A DNA stretch of 64,000 nucleotides from Porphyromonadaceae bacterium (lineage in GTDB: Bacteria; Bacteroidota; Bacteroidia; Bacteroidales; UBA12481): positions 22,107-86,106 of the forward strand of contig QYQM01000054.1 of NCBI GenBank assembly GCA_007280905.1. The letters run 5' to 3'. Every line of letters starts with the position of its first letter. Within the stretch, counting starts at the first letter, position 1. The notes below the pieces were generated by a model. That model made no database searches. It saw nothing but the letters and a program-made list of their open reading frames with translations, and was not told the DNA's origin. Positions 26,374-36,457 of the stretch are shown here, one piece after another. Made by a program: the position numbers and the translations under genes.

Positions 26374-27257
26374 TAAAAATGGATCAATTTAAGATTGTCC
26401 AAAATAATTGCCTGTTTTGCCAACCCGGTGGAATCCCAGCCGGCCCGGAAACCCGGCCTGAAGAATTCTGCCGATTGGTTATCCTTCATAATATTACGAA
26501 GATCAATATAAATCCGGTTCCAATGGTCAATTGGCCTTATATATACCAGGCCATTCCACACCGCTGCTCCATCCTGGAGAACATAAACGCCAAATTCCAT
26601 GATAGTATTGCTCAGATAATCAAACTCAAGTAAAACCATCAGACCGTTAGTGATACGTTGGAAATCGGTACTGCTGTATGCTTCGAAAAACCGGTTTTTA
26701 GTATCCAGATAAATCGCACCGGAATACCGTCCTTCGCGAACCTGGTCGGTCTGGTTCCTGAAAACAGTATCACTGTATGCTGGATAAACAAAGGATATAC
26801 CGGCATCTTCAAAGTCCTCAATCCACGGAAACTTACACACATCTTTGCCATCTTTGTCTTTTTTGTATGTGGTTGTCGGCGTTATCGGGATTACCTGGCC
26901 GCGAACAAGATCTATTTTCCCTGTGCCGATGTAGGGTTCAAAAAAGGGGTATACATCACGGGATCCCGCAATCCCGTTCAGTTCAAACCCTGGGTAAACA
27001 ATTAGACTACGCATGCCAGTCAATAGGCAGGGAACCATCGTGGGCATTTCAAAGAATCCAAGATTTGTTCCATCAACGTTAAGCTTGACGCAGGTTATAT
27101 TGTGACTCGCTGATCCCTGATCGAAATTGGTAACTTTGACAAGTACGGTATCTACCTTGATATAAGCAGGGATATCTTCGGCAGGGTTAATAATATTACA
27201 GGAAAGAAGAATTCCGGCAAGGGTAATCAACGTTAAAATCATCCAAGTTTTAAGCAT
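26373..27257 (-). CDS. Lipoprotein of unknown function, translationally coupled to the priming sugar transferase
   Basis: ATG at 27257 gives MLKTWMILTLITLAGILLSC (lipobox); a GTG 8 codons upstream at 27281 is the alternative start. TAATG overlap with the downstream gene. Confidence 0.6.
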   Translation of the reverse strand: MLKTWMILTLITLAGILLSCNIINPAEDIPAYIKVDTVLVKVTNFDQGSASHNITCVKLNVDGTNLGFFEMPTMVPCLLTGMRSLIVYPGFELNGIAGSRDVYPFFEPYIGTGKIDLVRGQVIPITPTTTYKKDKDGKDVCKFPWIEDFEDAGISFVYPAYSDTVFRNQTDQVREGRYSGAIYLDTKNRFFEAYSSTDFQRITNGLMVLLEFDYLSNTIMEFGVYVLQDGAAVWNGLVYIRPIDHWNRIYIDLRNIMKDNQSAEFFRPGFRAGWDSTGLAKQAIILDNLKLIHF

Positions 27258-27304
27258 GTCCAATTTTTTCTGATATTTCACCTCACAAAGTTAACAGAAT
27301 TGCA

Positions 27305-27949
27305 ATGATCGAAGATAGCTTTATGCATAAGGGCTTGCGAAGGAAACTGGTTGAGCAGGTTAAAAGCAAAGGAATTAAGGACCAACGGATACTGGATGCT
27401 ATGATGAAAATTCCCAGGCATGCATTCATGGATTCCTCCTTTCTTAAATTTGCTTACCAGGATCAGGCTTTTCCAATTTCGTCAGGACAAACAATTTCAC
27501 AGCCATTTACAGTAGCTTTTCAGACTGAACTTATTGATATACAGATTCATCAAAAAGTTTTGGAGGTGGGAACCGGTTCGGGTTACCAGGCAGCCATATT
27601 GGCCGAGCTGGGGGCACGTGTTTTTACCATCGAAAGAATCAGGAAGTTGTATCAGGAGGCCCAGACTATTCACCGGGAATTGGGTTCCCAAGTGAAATTT
27701 TTCTTAGGTGATGGTTATCAGGGACTTCCGTCTTTTGCGCCTTTCGATAGAATTCTGATAACTGCGGCGGCACATGCCATTCCGGAAGCCTTAAAGCAGC
27801 AACTTGTTGTTGGCGGTATACTGGTGGCGCCGATCGGTGAACGGGATTTTCAGGTAATGACAAAATGTGTAAAGACCAGCATGGATATCTTCGAAATATC
27901 CACACATGGTAATTTTGTGTTTGTTCCGATGAAAGAAGGATTGGAATAA
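27305..27949 (+). CDS. pcm: Protein-L-isoaspartate O-methyltransferase
   Basis: 214 aa. ISSGQTISQPFTVAFQTELI, VLEVGTGSGYQAAILAELG. Confidence 0.9.
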   Translation: MIEDSFMHKGLRRKLVEQVKSKGIKDQRILDAMMKIPRHAFMDSSFLKFAYQDQAFPISSGQTISQPFTVAFQTELIDIQIHQKVLEVGTGSGYQAAILAELGARVFTIERIRKLYQEAQTIHRELGSQVKFFLGDGYQGLPSFAPFDRILITAAAHAIPEALKQQLVVGGILVAPIGERDFQVMTKCVKTSMDIFEISTHGNFVFVPMKEGLE

Positions 27950-27955
27950 AGACCG

Positions 27956-30784
27956 ATGACCGTATTCCGCAAACCGACCATCGTATCAATTTTAACAAGG
28001 ATTTGCATCCTGATACTAATTGGTATTTGCCAGCCTTTGCGGGGCCAGCAGCGTGATTCGGTTCTGTTGCCGGTTCGATACCTGAGGGTTGCCATCCATG
28101 TTTTTCAAGATGATGCCGGACAGGGAAATTTTCGCCGGGATATCGCCGGCCAGGAGGGCTTTTTGCACCTGATGATTGATTGGGTCAACCAACGGCTCGC
28201 TAACCTGGATACCTTGAAGCCGGCTGTGTCTTCTCCGTATGTAGCTGACAGCCGGGTACGTATCCGGTTGGATACTATTTTTTATCATCGCGATTCAAGG
28301 GCATGGGATTGCTCCGTTGAAATCGATTCCCCCTATATGCGCGACCAGTATGTAGATGGTGACTCTTCACTTAATTATCTGCAGAAATATCAGACACTTC
28401 CGATATTTATCGGCGCCAATAATCCCGTAACAGGAGGGCATTCACGCAATATCGGCGATCGTGGATATATTGCGGTTCGCGGGTATTATGAAAATTTTCT
28501 TCGTCAGGATGTACTGCTGGCGATCGACGAATGCGGCCGCAACCTGGTTCATGAGCTGGGTCATTGCCTCGGCCTGGGCCATAATTTCACTGGAGGTCCA
28601 GGGGGTGATCAATGCGATGATTGTGACGACAATGGTTGCCCGGTTGAGGGCACCTCAAATAATATTATGGATTACTGGCCATCTTACGGATACGCTTTGT
28701 CGAGATGCCAGTTCAATCAGATTCAGTATTACCTGAACGGAGAACGGGGTAATATTTCGGAGGTGGTGATAAATGACAGCTGTTATCGGTTATCAGTTAT
28801 CGGTTATCGGATTCCGGCGGGAGACACCTTGTTGATCCAGGATACCCTTTATCTGCATAACGATCTTATTATTAAAGATGGAGGTGTGTTGAAAGTTACC
28901 GGTTATCTGTCGATGCCGTCTGAAACGAAAATAGCAGTTGAAGCCGGTGCCCGCCTGGAGATTGACAGAGGCACCATTGGTAACCTTTGCGGAGATTTGT
29001 GGTTGGGGATACGGGTTAGTGATACTCCTGGCGCACGACCTGCCAGGATTTCTGTTACACATGGCGGCATTGTGGAGCATGCCCGGGCAGGGCTTATCGC
29101 TGCCGGTCCGGTTGAAACAGAATTAGAGAATTCCGTGTTCCGCAATTGTGAGGAATCGCTTGTCTTTCTTCGGGGGTCTGCCGATTCGATCCTTATAAAA
29201 AACTCCACATTCCGCATAACAACAAAGTTGAATCATTACGAGGAAGGCATCACGCCTGCCTTTTTTGTGCGTACCGAAGGCATTCCCAGGCTGGAGGTTA
29301 CAGGCAGTAATTTCGTCAATGAGCCGGGCACCTACATTTTTGATGCTGATTGGATGGGAACTGGAATCTCGGCCGATGGCCCATCGATACGTGTTGACCA
29401 TTCCGAATTCATCAACCTCACCAATGGTCTGGATCTAAATTCGCAAAACCGGGATTCAAAGGTCGAAGTGATTGATAACCAGTTTATCCATAATCGGTAC
29501 GGGATCAAAACCCGTTGTGCAGGCGTTCAGTGGATTTCGAACAACCGGGTGATTCTTCAGCGATTTAACAGCGGATGTACTATCGGGATGTTATTGTGGA
29601 ACCCTGATCGGTTCGCAGTGCATCAGAATCGGTTTGAATCTGTTTATGGGGGTGGGCGCATGGCCGGGATCGTACTCAATAATCCGACCTGTGAAAGCTC
29701 TTCGGTTTTTAACAACAAATTCTCAAACCTGCCGATTGCCGTTTTTATGGACGGTACACCGGATATCGATTCGGTTTTGTTCTTATGGGCGGAAAATTCC
29801 GGAACAACCGGTTTTCTGAAACTGGGACCTCAACTTCGATATAATCAGTTCGATACTGTGGACATGCATCTGGCAATAGTTACCGATTCAGTGTTTGGAT
29901 CGGCTATCGGAAAAATGGCAGAGGTTCACCCGGAATATTCCATTCCTGCTACTCAATGGACTCCCGGTGGCTTTGTCTGGTATGCTGATCAGGTGCATAT
30001 GATGGCTTTCCATGGTTGGAATCTGCAGGCTAAGAGAATGCCGGATCATGGGTTGTATTGGTTTATGAATTATCTGGGCATAGGGGATCTGGGGCATAAG
30101 GACACAGGAACTCAGGGGTACAGCGACTTAATAGAATACCTGCTGAAGATTAATACCGTTAAAGAGCCTGAGGGTTGGTTTTTTGGTTCTGATGTTTATC
30201 AGGCGCTGAGCCGGATTTCGGAGGTGCCCGCAGCGGTGAGATCGGCAAAGCTTGCGGTATATTGGGAAAAGTACCAGGCAGAAGATCAGGCCTGGCTTCG
30301 TGAAGCTCTTGCATCGATAGCGGGAAGGTTTGTTAAAGCCGATAGTTTGCTGACTGATCTTGGAACTGATCTTGCCCAAAAGAATTTGGAGCGATGGAAT
30401 ATTTTCCAACCAACAAATTGCATTCATGGCCTGATCCCGATGAAATCCACCGCTGTTTCCGGATTTGATCTTCCTGATTTATCTGCGTTCCGCTTCGTTA
30501 GGCCGCATCAGGAACAATCCGGACCGCCGGCATTTTTCCTGTATCCTAACCCGGCTCAGAATTATATATTGATCCAACCGCAGGCAGGTTATTCTTTCGA
30601 AAAGGTCTGGGATGGATACATCATCTCAGCGGATGGCCGCTTTTCAAAACAAATCCGTATTGAATCCTGGGAAAACCAGAAATTGATCATTTCCTCACTG
30701 CCGGCCGGGGTTTATTTCATTGAATTATTTTCCGGGATTCAATACCTTGGCACCGCGAAATTTATAAAAACAATACATAGATAG
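27956..30784 (+). CDS. Secreted metzincin (M43/pappalysin-like) with parallel beta-helix repeats and a T9SS C-terminal sorting domain
   Basis: Signal peptide. HELGHCLGLGHNF (HExxHxxGxxH) and NNIMDYW. Repeated NSxF.N/IxNNxF PbH1-like units. C-terminus FFLYPNPAQNYILIQ...LPAGVYFIELFSG. Confidence 0.75.
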   Translation: MTVFRKPTIVSILTRICILILIGICQPLRGQQRDSVLLPVRYLRVAIHVFQDDAGQGNFRRDIAGQEGFLHLMIDWVNQRLANLDTLKPAVSSPYVADSRVRIRLDTIFYHRDSRAWDCSVEIDSPYMRDQYVDGDSSLNYLQKYQTLPIFIGANNPVTGGHSRNIGDRGYIAVRGYYENFLRQDVLLAIDECGRNLVHELGHCLGLGHNFTGGPGGDQCDDCDDNGCPVEGTSNNIMDYWPSYGYALSRCQFNQIQYYLNGERGNISEVVINDSCYRLSVIGYRIPAGDTLLIQDTLYLHNDLIIKDGGVLKVTGYLSMPSETKIAVEAGARLEIDRGTIGNLCGDLWLGIRVSDTPGARPARISVTHGGIVEHARAGLIAAGPVETELENSVFRNCEESLVFLRGSADSILIKNSTFRITTKLNHYEEGITPAFFVRTEGIPRLEVTGSNFVNEPGTYIFDADWMGTGISADGPSIRVDHSEFINLTNGLDLNSQNRDSKVEVIDNQFIHNRYGIKTRCAGVQWISNNRVILQRFNSGCTIGMLLWNPDRFAVHQNRFESVYGGGRMAGIVLNNPTCESSSVFNNKFSNLPIAVFMDGTPDIDSVLFLWAENSGTTGFLKLGPQLRYNQFDTVDMHLAIVTDSVFGSAIGKMAEVHPEYSIPATQWTPGGFVWYADQVHMMAFHGWNLQAKRMPDHGLYWFMNYLGIGDLGHKDTGTQGYSDLIEYLLKINTVKEPEGWFFGSDVYQALSRISEVPAAVRSAKLAVYWEKYQAEDQAWLREALASIAGRFVKADSLLTDLGTDLAQKNLERWNIFQPTNCIHGLIPMKSTAVSGFDLPDLSAFRFVRPHQEQSGPPAFFLYPNPAQNYILIQPQAGYSFEKVWDGYIISADGRFSKQIRIESWENQKLIISSLPAGVYFIELFSGIQYLGTAKFIKTIHR
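28782..28809 (-). repeat. Tandem heptamer array GTTATCR x4 (reverse complement of the YGATAAC leader words) inside the metalloprotease CDS
   Basis: gttatcg gttatca gttatcg gttatcg, encoding ...CYRLSVIGYRIP... at the junction between the catalytic domain and the beta-helix region. Confidence 0.85.
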
Positions 30785-30786
30785 GC

Positions 30787-31425
30787 ATGCCTTTACTTAA
30801 GGTTTTTACATTCAACCCACTGCAGGTCAACGCGTATCTCATTTATGAACCCAACGGGGCAGGGATTATTATTGATCCATCGTGCTTTGATCAAACCGAA
30901 TTCAGAGACTTACAGGATTTCATAGGGATAAATCACATAAGGTTGGAATATCAGCTGAACACACATGGCCATTTCGATCATGTATTCGGGGTTCACATGG
31001 TCAGGGAAGCTTACCATCCGAAATATTTGATTCATCAGGCTGACGAGGGTTTCCTTCGCCTTGCCGGTGAACAGGCCAGGAATTTTGGTTTTGATTATGA
31101 AGGTGATGCACCGGCACCTGATGGATATCTTAATGAACCGGATGTTGTATCCACAAATACCATCCATTTGAAGGTGATACATGTCCCGGGCCATTCGCAA
31201 GGTTGTGTTGCTTTTTATGAAGAATCAGCGGGTTGGCTTTTTTCGGGAGATACCCTCTTTGCCGGTGGCATAGGCCGTACCGATTTGCCCGGCAGCAACT
31301 ATGAGCAAATAATCAGCAGCATACAGAAAAAACTATTGATTCTGCCGGACGATACTAAGGTCTTTCCCGGTCACGGAGCGGCATCCACGATCAAACATGA
31401 AAAATTAACCAACCCTTTTCTATAG
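30787..31425 (+). CDS. MBL-fold metallo-hydrolase (glyoxalase II-like)
   Basis: 212 aa. NTHGHFDHVFG, HVPGHSQG, GDTLFAGGIGRTDLPG. Confidence 0.8.
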   Translation: MPLLKVFTFNPLQVNAYLIYEPNGAGIIIDPSCFDQTEFRDLQDFIGINHIRLEYQLNTHGHFDHVFGVHMVREAYHPKYLIHQADEGFLRLAGEQARNFGFDYEGDAPAPDGYLNEPDVVSTNTIHLKVIHVPGHSQGCVAFYEESAGWLFSGDTLFAGGIGRTDLPGSNYEQIISSIQKKLLILPDDTKVFPGHGAASTIKHEKLTNPFL

Positions 31426-31523
31426 ATTCTCTTACCTATCCGGCCTTTCCTGCAAACACTGCATTATGTCATACTTCTTCTTATTTTTACCCGGTTAATT
31501 TGTATTACATCAACCCAGAAAAT

Positions 31524-34385
31524 ATGATCACTGATCAATTCATTTACAGGCATATCGGGCCGAGACCTCACGAAATTCAGGAAATGCTGGAAAAGGTGGG
31601 CGCAACCACAATGGAGGAGTTTATTTCTTCAGTCGTTCCAGCTCAGATACGTATGAAACAACCGCTGAATCTTCCGGCAGGATTAACTGAACAGGAGTAC
31701 GCAAAAAAGATCAAACAGATTGGATTAAAGAACAAGCAATACAGAACCCTTATGGGGATGGGTTATTACGGTACGGTAATGCCTGCTGTTATCAAGCGGA
31801 ATATTCTGGAGAATGCTTCGTGGTATACCTCCTATACTCCTTACCAGGCTGAAATTTCGCAGGGCCGCCTTGAGGCTTTACTGAATTTTCAGACTTTGGT
31901 GATGGAACTGACAGCTATGCCACTGGCTAATGCTTCACTGCTGGATGAAGCAACTGCCGCTGCCGAAGCTATGATCCTGATGTTCAATGCAAGATCCCGT
32001 GAATTAGTGAAGCGTGAAGCCAACGTTTTATGGGTGGATGAGAACATCTTTCCTCAAACTCTGGAAGTGATCCGGACACGGGCTTTGCCACTCGGAATCG
32101 AGGTTGAAGTTTGCAAAATAGTGAAGACACGTTTACACGGCAAGGTTTTCGGCATTGTTGTTCAATACCCGGCCGGCGATGGTAAAGCATTGATCTATAA
32201 ACAGACTGTTGATCGGATTCATGAGTTGGGCGGCCTCTACACCGCAGTCAGTGATTTGTTTTCACTGGTATTGCTGATCCCTCCCGGGGAATGGGGTGCT
32301 GACATTGTTGTTGGCAGTACACAGCGCTTTGGAGTTCCGATGGGGTTCGGCGGCCCGCATGCCGCCTATTTTGCGGCCCGCGAAGAATTGAAAAGAAGCC
32401 TACCCGGAAGAATTATTGGTGTTTCGCAGGATATGCACGGGAATAAAGCGCTTAGAATGGCGCTTCAAACACGCGAGCAGCACATCAAACGGGAGAAGGC
32501 CACTTCCAATATTTGCACAGCCCAGGCACTTCTGGCTACCATTGCCGGTATGTACGCTGTTTATCACGGTCCGGATGGCTTATTGGAGATTGCCGGAAAA
32601 ATTCACCGGTCGGCCCATACCCTCGAGCTGGAATTGAAAAAGTATGGTTATGTTCAGGAAAATAAGGATTACTTCGATACCCTGAGGATCGTATTACCTG
32701 ATAAAGTTACCCTGAAGCATTTTAAAACAATTGCTCTGAAACATCACTTTAATTTCCGCTATTTTGAAGATGAAACCATCGGTTTATCCACTGATGAACT
32801 TACCGATGTTGCCGAAGTGAACAGGATTCTGGAAATTTTCGCTGAAGTTGCCGGAAAGAAAGCTAAAGCAGTTTTGGAATTGGTTGATTCAGCCGGGTTT
32901 GATCCCGAATTTGCCCGCACCACAGATTTCCTGACCGACCAGTGCTTCAATAAATACCAATCGGAAACGGAAATGATGCGATACATTAAGAAATTGGAGC
33001 GTCGCGATATCTCCCTCACTCATTCTATGATACCTCTGGGGTCATGTACCATGAAGCTTAACCCGGCCAATTCCATGTTTGCTTTATCCTGGGATGAATT
33101 TGCCGGAATTCATCCATTTGTTCCGGTAGATCAAGCCGAAGGATACACCCAGCTGATTCGGGAATTGGAAGAAGCACTAATTGAGGTGACCGGTTTTCCT
33201 GCCATCTCCTTCCAGCCGAACTCCGGAGCTTCAGGCGAATATGCCGGTCTTATGGTCATCGAAGGTTATCACCGGAGTCGTGGCGAAGGCCACCGGAATA
33301 TAGTACTGATCCCGGCTTCTGCACACGGAACCAACCCTGCCAGTGCAGTTATGGCGGGCAATAAGGTGGTTGTCGTTAAATGCGATGAACAGGGTAACGT
33401 GGATATTGATGATTTGAAATTAAAGGCTGCTGAACATGCTGCAAACCTTTCAGCATTCATGATTACCTATCCTTCCACCCATGGGGTTTTTGAAACCGAA
33501 ATTAAAACCATGGCGGACATTATCCATGCTCATGGTGGATTGGTCTACATGGATGGTGCAAATATGAATGCTCAGGTAGGCTTAACCAAACCAGCTTTGA
33601 TTGGTGCCGATGTTTGCCACCTTAACCTCCATAAAACGTTCGCTATTCCTCACGGAGGAGGAGGTCCGGGGGTTGGACCCATTGGTGTTGCCCAACACCT
33701 GGTCGAATTTCTTCCATCACACCCGGTGGTTCAGGTGGGAGGTGAAAAAGGAGGGGTAGTTTCAGCGGCTCCTTATGGAAGTGCGCTGGTACTTACCATT
33801 TCACATGCTTATGTACAGATGTTGGGTGGTGATGGGCTAAGAGCAGCCACCGAAATGGCTATTCTTAATGCTAACTATCTGGTGGAGTGTTTAAAAGGGC
33901 ACTATGACGTTCTGTATACCGGGGCCAATGGACGTGTTGCTCATGAGTGTATCCTCGACTGCCGGAACTTTAAGTTAAAAACTGGTATCGAAACTTCGGA
34001 CATAGCCCGCCGGCTCATGGATTATGGCTTCCATGCACCAACACTCTCTTTTCCGGTTCATGAAACTTTGATGATTGAGCCTACTGAAAGTGAATCGAAA
34101 CAAGAACTCGATCGTTTTGTTGAATCTTTGATTTCCATCCTGTTCGAGATCAGCGACGTGGAAATGGGTATTACCCATGCTGACAATAATGTGCTGAAAA
34201 ATGCACCGCATACAGCAGTTCACATTGGTGATGATACATGGAGCCATCCCTATGGCCGGCTTAGGGCTGCTTTCCCATTGCCATGGATCGCTGAAAATAA
34301 ATTCTGGCCCTATGTTGGCAAAATAGATAATGCCTATGGCGACCGAAATCTTATCTGCTCCTGTAAAGGGTTGGAGGAATATTAA
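31524..34385 (+). CDS. gcvP: Glycine dehydrogenase (aminomethyl-transferring), single-chain P protein
   Basis: ATG at 31524 (MITDQFIYRHIGP...). About 950 aa. TSYTPYQAEISQGRLEALLNFQT, HLNLHKTFAIPHGGGGPG (PLP-Lys). Confidence 0.93.
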   Translation: MITDQFIYRHIGPRPHEIQEMLEKVGATTMEEFISSVVPAQIRMKQPLNLPAGLTEQEYAKKIKQIGLKNKQYRTLMGMGYYGTVMPAVIKRNILENASWYTSYTPYQAEISQGRLEALLNFQTLVMELTAMPLANASLLDEATAAAEAMILMFNARSRELVKREANVLWVDENIFPQTLEVIRTRALPLGIEVEVCKIVKTRLHGKVFGIVVQYPAGDGKALIYKQTVDRIHELGGLYTAVSDLFSLVLLIPPGEWGADIVVGSTQRFGVPMGFGGPHAAYFAAREELKRSLPGRIIGVSQDMHGNKALRMALQTREQHIKREKATSNICTAQALLATIAGMYAVYHGPDGLLEIAGKIHRSAHTLELELKKYGYVQENKDYFDTLRIVLPDKVTLKHFKTIALKHHFNFRYFEDETIGLSTDELTDVAEVNRILEIFAEVAGKKAKAVLELVDSAGFDPEFARTTDFLTDQCFNKYQSETEMMRYIKKLERRDISLTHSMIPLGSCTMKLNPANSMFALSWDEFAGIHPFVPVDQAEGYTQLIRELEEALIEVTGFPAISFQPNSGASGEYAGLMVIEGYHRSRGEGHRNIVLIPASAHGTNPASAVMAGNKVVVVKCDEQGNVDIDDLKLKAAEHAANLSAFMITYPSTHGVFETEIKTMADIIHAHGGLVYMDGANMNAQVGLTKPALIGADVCHLNLHKTFAIPHGGGGPGVGPIGVAQHLVEFLPSHPVVQVGGEKGGVVSAAPYGSALVLTISHAYVQMLGGDGLRAATEMAILNANYLVECLKGHYDVLYTGANGRVAHECILDCRNFKLKTGIETSDIARRLMDYGFHAPTLSFPVHETLMIEPTESESKQELDRFVESLISILFEISDVEMGITHADNNVLKNAPHTAVHIGDDTWSHPYGRLRAAFPLPWIAENKFWPYVGKIDNAYGDRNLICSCKGLEEY

Positions 34386-34390
34386 ATAGA

Positions 34391-36259
34391 TTACCAGCGA
34401 TAAATGTTTTCCCAGTTGCGGTAGCCCTGCTTATCCAAATACCAATCCTCGTGATCATTACCGCCACTTGAGATCCAATTGGCAAAAACCAGATAGCCTT
34501 TCAGAATTTCTGCTTTTTCGATAGTGTATTCAAATTGAACTGGCACGTTTATAACCCAGGGTAATCCGTTTTTGGTTTGATAATAGATACCAGCTTCCGG
34601 ATTGGAAGCGTCATTACCTGTTCCGAATAACTCAGGGTTTACCAGGTCAGTCGGAGGAAATCCTCTCAAATGAATCTCGCTGGATCTTTCATCCGCCCTG
34701 AAAATAAATGGGTTAAGCTTATCAAAACTGACAATTTCAGGGTCAACTGGTTCTTTTAGGAATATTCTGAATTTTTTCTCTGATGGAACCACAAAGTGAT
34801 ATCCCATTGTTGTGTTAATGGTCGGGCTACCATCCCCGGGATGGGGGAGAAGCTTACAGGCATCAGTGAAAAAGATAAAGGTGGCCCATTTTTGACCCAT
34901 TTCTGTTCCATTTTCGTTCAATTTGATCGCATCATCCAGGAATTCAAAGTCAGCTTTAATCCCGGCTATCCTATCAGGAGATAAGTAAATCTGCATGCCA
35001 AAGCCATTTCGGGTACTTCCTCCGATTGCCCGCACCTCAGTAATCACATCGATTTCAACAATCTTGTTCTTGGCATTAGTGATCCTGTTTATTTGATAGT
35101 CAAGGACTATGTCGTTAAAATCATAGTCGCTTTGTGAGGGCCATAAATCTTCAAAAGCAATTGTTCCGGGTTTATCCTTAGCGGGGTAAAAATCATCAAA
35201 AGCTTTCTCCGGATCGTCAGGGTAACTGTCTTCCCAATCGAGAACCCCGTCACCATCGAGGTCACTATCCATTTCATTCACGCGAACTACGGCATTGTCA
35301 AAATCAACAATGCCGGTTGAACCCTTATAAAATAAAACCTGGCAAGTAACGGTTCCCTCCGGCATGTATCCAACAATTGTTCCATTTACCCAAGTAATAC
35401 CCGGATTAACCAGGTTAAAGGAGAAAACGTCTATAAATTCCCCGTATTGATTGCGTGGAACAAGAAACAAATAGACATCCTGTTGACTGTCAAATCCCCG
35501 GGTGTCACCTGAAAAGGTAACTAATTGACCTGAAGTAGCTTGAATTAGCTGGGTAAAGCCTCCTACTGAATATTTTTCACTATTAATCCGTGCAAAGCTA
35601 TTTCCCTCTTTGCTAATAATGGATCCATCGTTTTTAGCCTCATCGGTCGCATACCAAACGCCATCCGCTTCAAGGGCCGAAGACCATGTTTCCATGTAGC
35701 CAAAATTATTGACAGAGAAATCACCGTTTTTCAATACATTTTCAATTCCAACCTTGAGAAAATTCCGGTTTAATTTTACCCCGTTGACGAGGGCCCCCGG
35801 AATGCCTTGTTTTGGTTTAGGTGGTGTCTTACTATACCCGACATTATAATCAATGGTAAAAGCCTCTTCCGTTTGCATTAATCCGGCTTCCTGTAAATTG
35901 ATAGACCGCCAGCCCGCAAAGCAATTAGTAAATAATTTTTTGGTAGTTACAGGTACACTGATGGATTCTTTATAAATCCCCTGATTATCGGCTGATCCCG
36001 TTTTAATCAGCGTGCCTGGCCGCCCGTCGGCGTTCTCGTTCCAGATTTCGATGATCCTGTTGGTTGAAGAATAACTAATGGTTGTAGGCAATAGTATGGA
36101 GATCGGTATAGATTTAATCATGTTAAAATTAAATCCATCAGGCACAACCAGATCTTTCATTGTTATTTCCTGATTTATAATGATTGGCTCCTTCTTGCAA
36201 GAAGAAATCAATAAAAGCAAAACTGCCAGGGAGGTAAATATTTGCCTGGATTTTTTCAT
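34391..36259 (-). CDS. LruC domain-containing lipoprotein
   Basis: ATG at 36259 gives MKKSRQIFTSLAVLLLLISSC. Thrombospondin-type Ca-binding repeat DSDLDGDGVLDWEDSYPDDP, followed by AFEDLWPSQSDYDFNDIVLDY, characteristic of the LruC domain. Confidence 0.7.
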   Translation of the reverse strand: MKKSRQIFTSLAVLLLLISSCKKEPIIINQEITMKDLVVPDGFNFNMIKSIPISILLPTTISYSSTNRIIEIWNENADGRPGTLIKTGSADNQGIYKESISVPVTTKKLFTNCFAGWRSINLQEAGLMQTEEAFTIDYNVGYSKTPPKPKQGIPGALVNGVKLNRNFLKVGIENVLKNGDFSVNNFGYMETWSSALEADGVWYATDEAKNDGSIISKEGNSFARINSEKYSVGGFTQLIQATSGQLVTFSGDTRGFDSQQDVYLFLVPRNQYGEFIDVFSFNLVNPGITWVNGTIVGYMPEGTVTCQVLFYKGSTGIVDFDNAVVRVNEMDSDLDGDGVLDWEDSYPDDPEKAFDDFYPAKDKPGTIAFEDLWPSQSDYDFNDIVLDYQINRITNAKNKIVEIDVITEVRAIGGSTRNGFGMQIYLSPDRIAGIKADFEFLDDAIKLNENGTEMGQKWATFIFFTDACKLLPHPGDGSPTINTTMGYHFVVPSEKKFRIFLKEPVDPEIVSFDKLNPFIFRADERSSEIHLRGFPPTDLVNPELFGTGNDASNPEAGIYYQTKNGLPWVINVPVQFEYTIEKAEILKGYLVFANWISSGGNDHEDWYLDKQGYRNWENIYRW

Positions 36260-36390
36260 TATCTCATAACCTCCAATACAACCGGAAATCAACTTTCTCT
36301 ATAAAGGTAGATCACGTAAGCGCCATCAGTATACTGTTTTGCTGAATATTTGACGAATGGTCGCGGTTCTCAGGTGAATGAATGGGGCTC

Positions 36391-36417
36391 AAAAAAAGGA
36401 GGCTCTGAGGCCTCCTT
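36391..36417 (-). terminator. Rho-independent terminator (minus strand) after the 36458-37168 gene
   Basis: Minus strand reads aaggaggc-ctcaga-gcctcctt followed by T7. Confidence 0.7.
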
Positions 36418-36457
36418 GTAAGATCAAAATTGATTTTGAGTAATGATTGTCAAATCG

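Noticed and set aside
31426-31523. Glycine riboswitch upstream of gcvP
   Set aside because: The 98-nt leader lacks the conserved GGAGAG...CACCG/GGGCAA-type glycine-aptamer elements and has no obvious tandem aptamer structure.
34386-34390. Missing terminator between convergent gcvP and the LruC gene (stops 5 bp apart)
   Set aside because: The observation is real but cannot be interpreted from sequence alone. It is noted under the LruC finding rather than as a separate feature.
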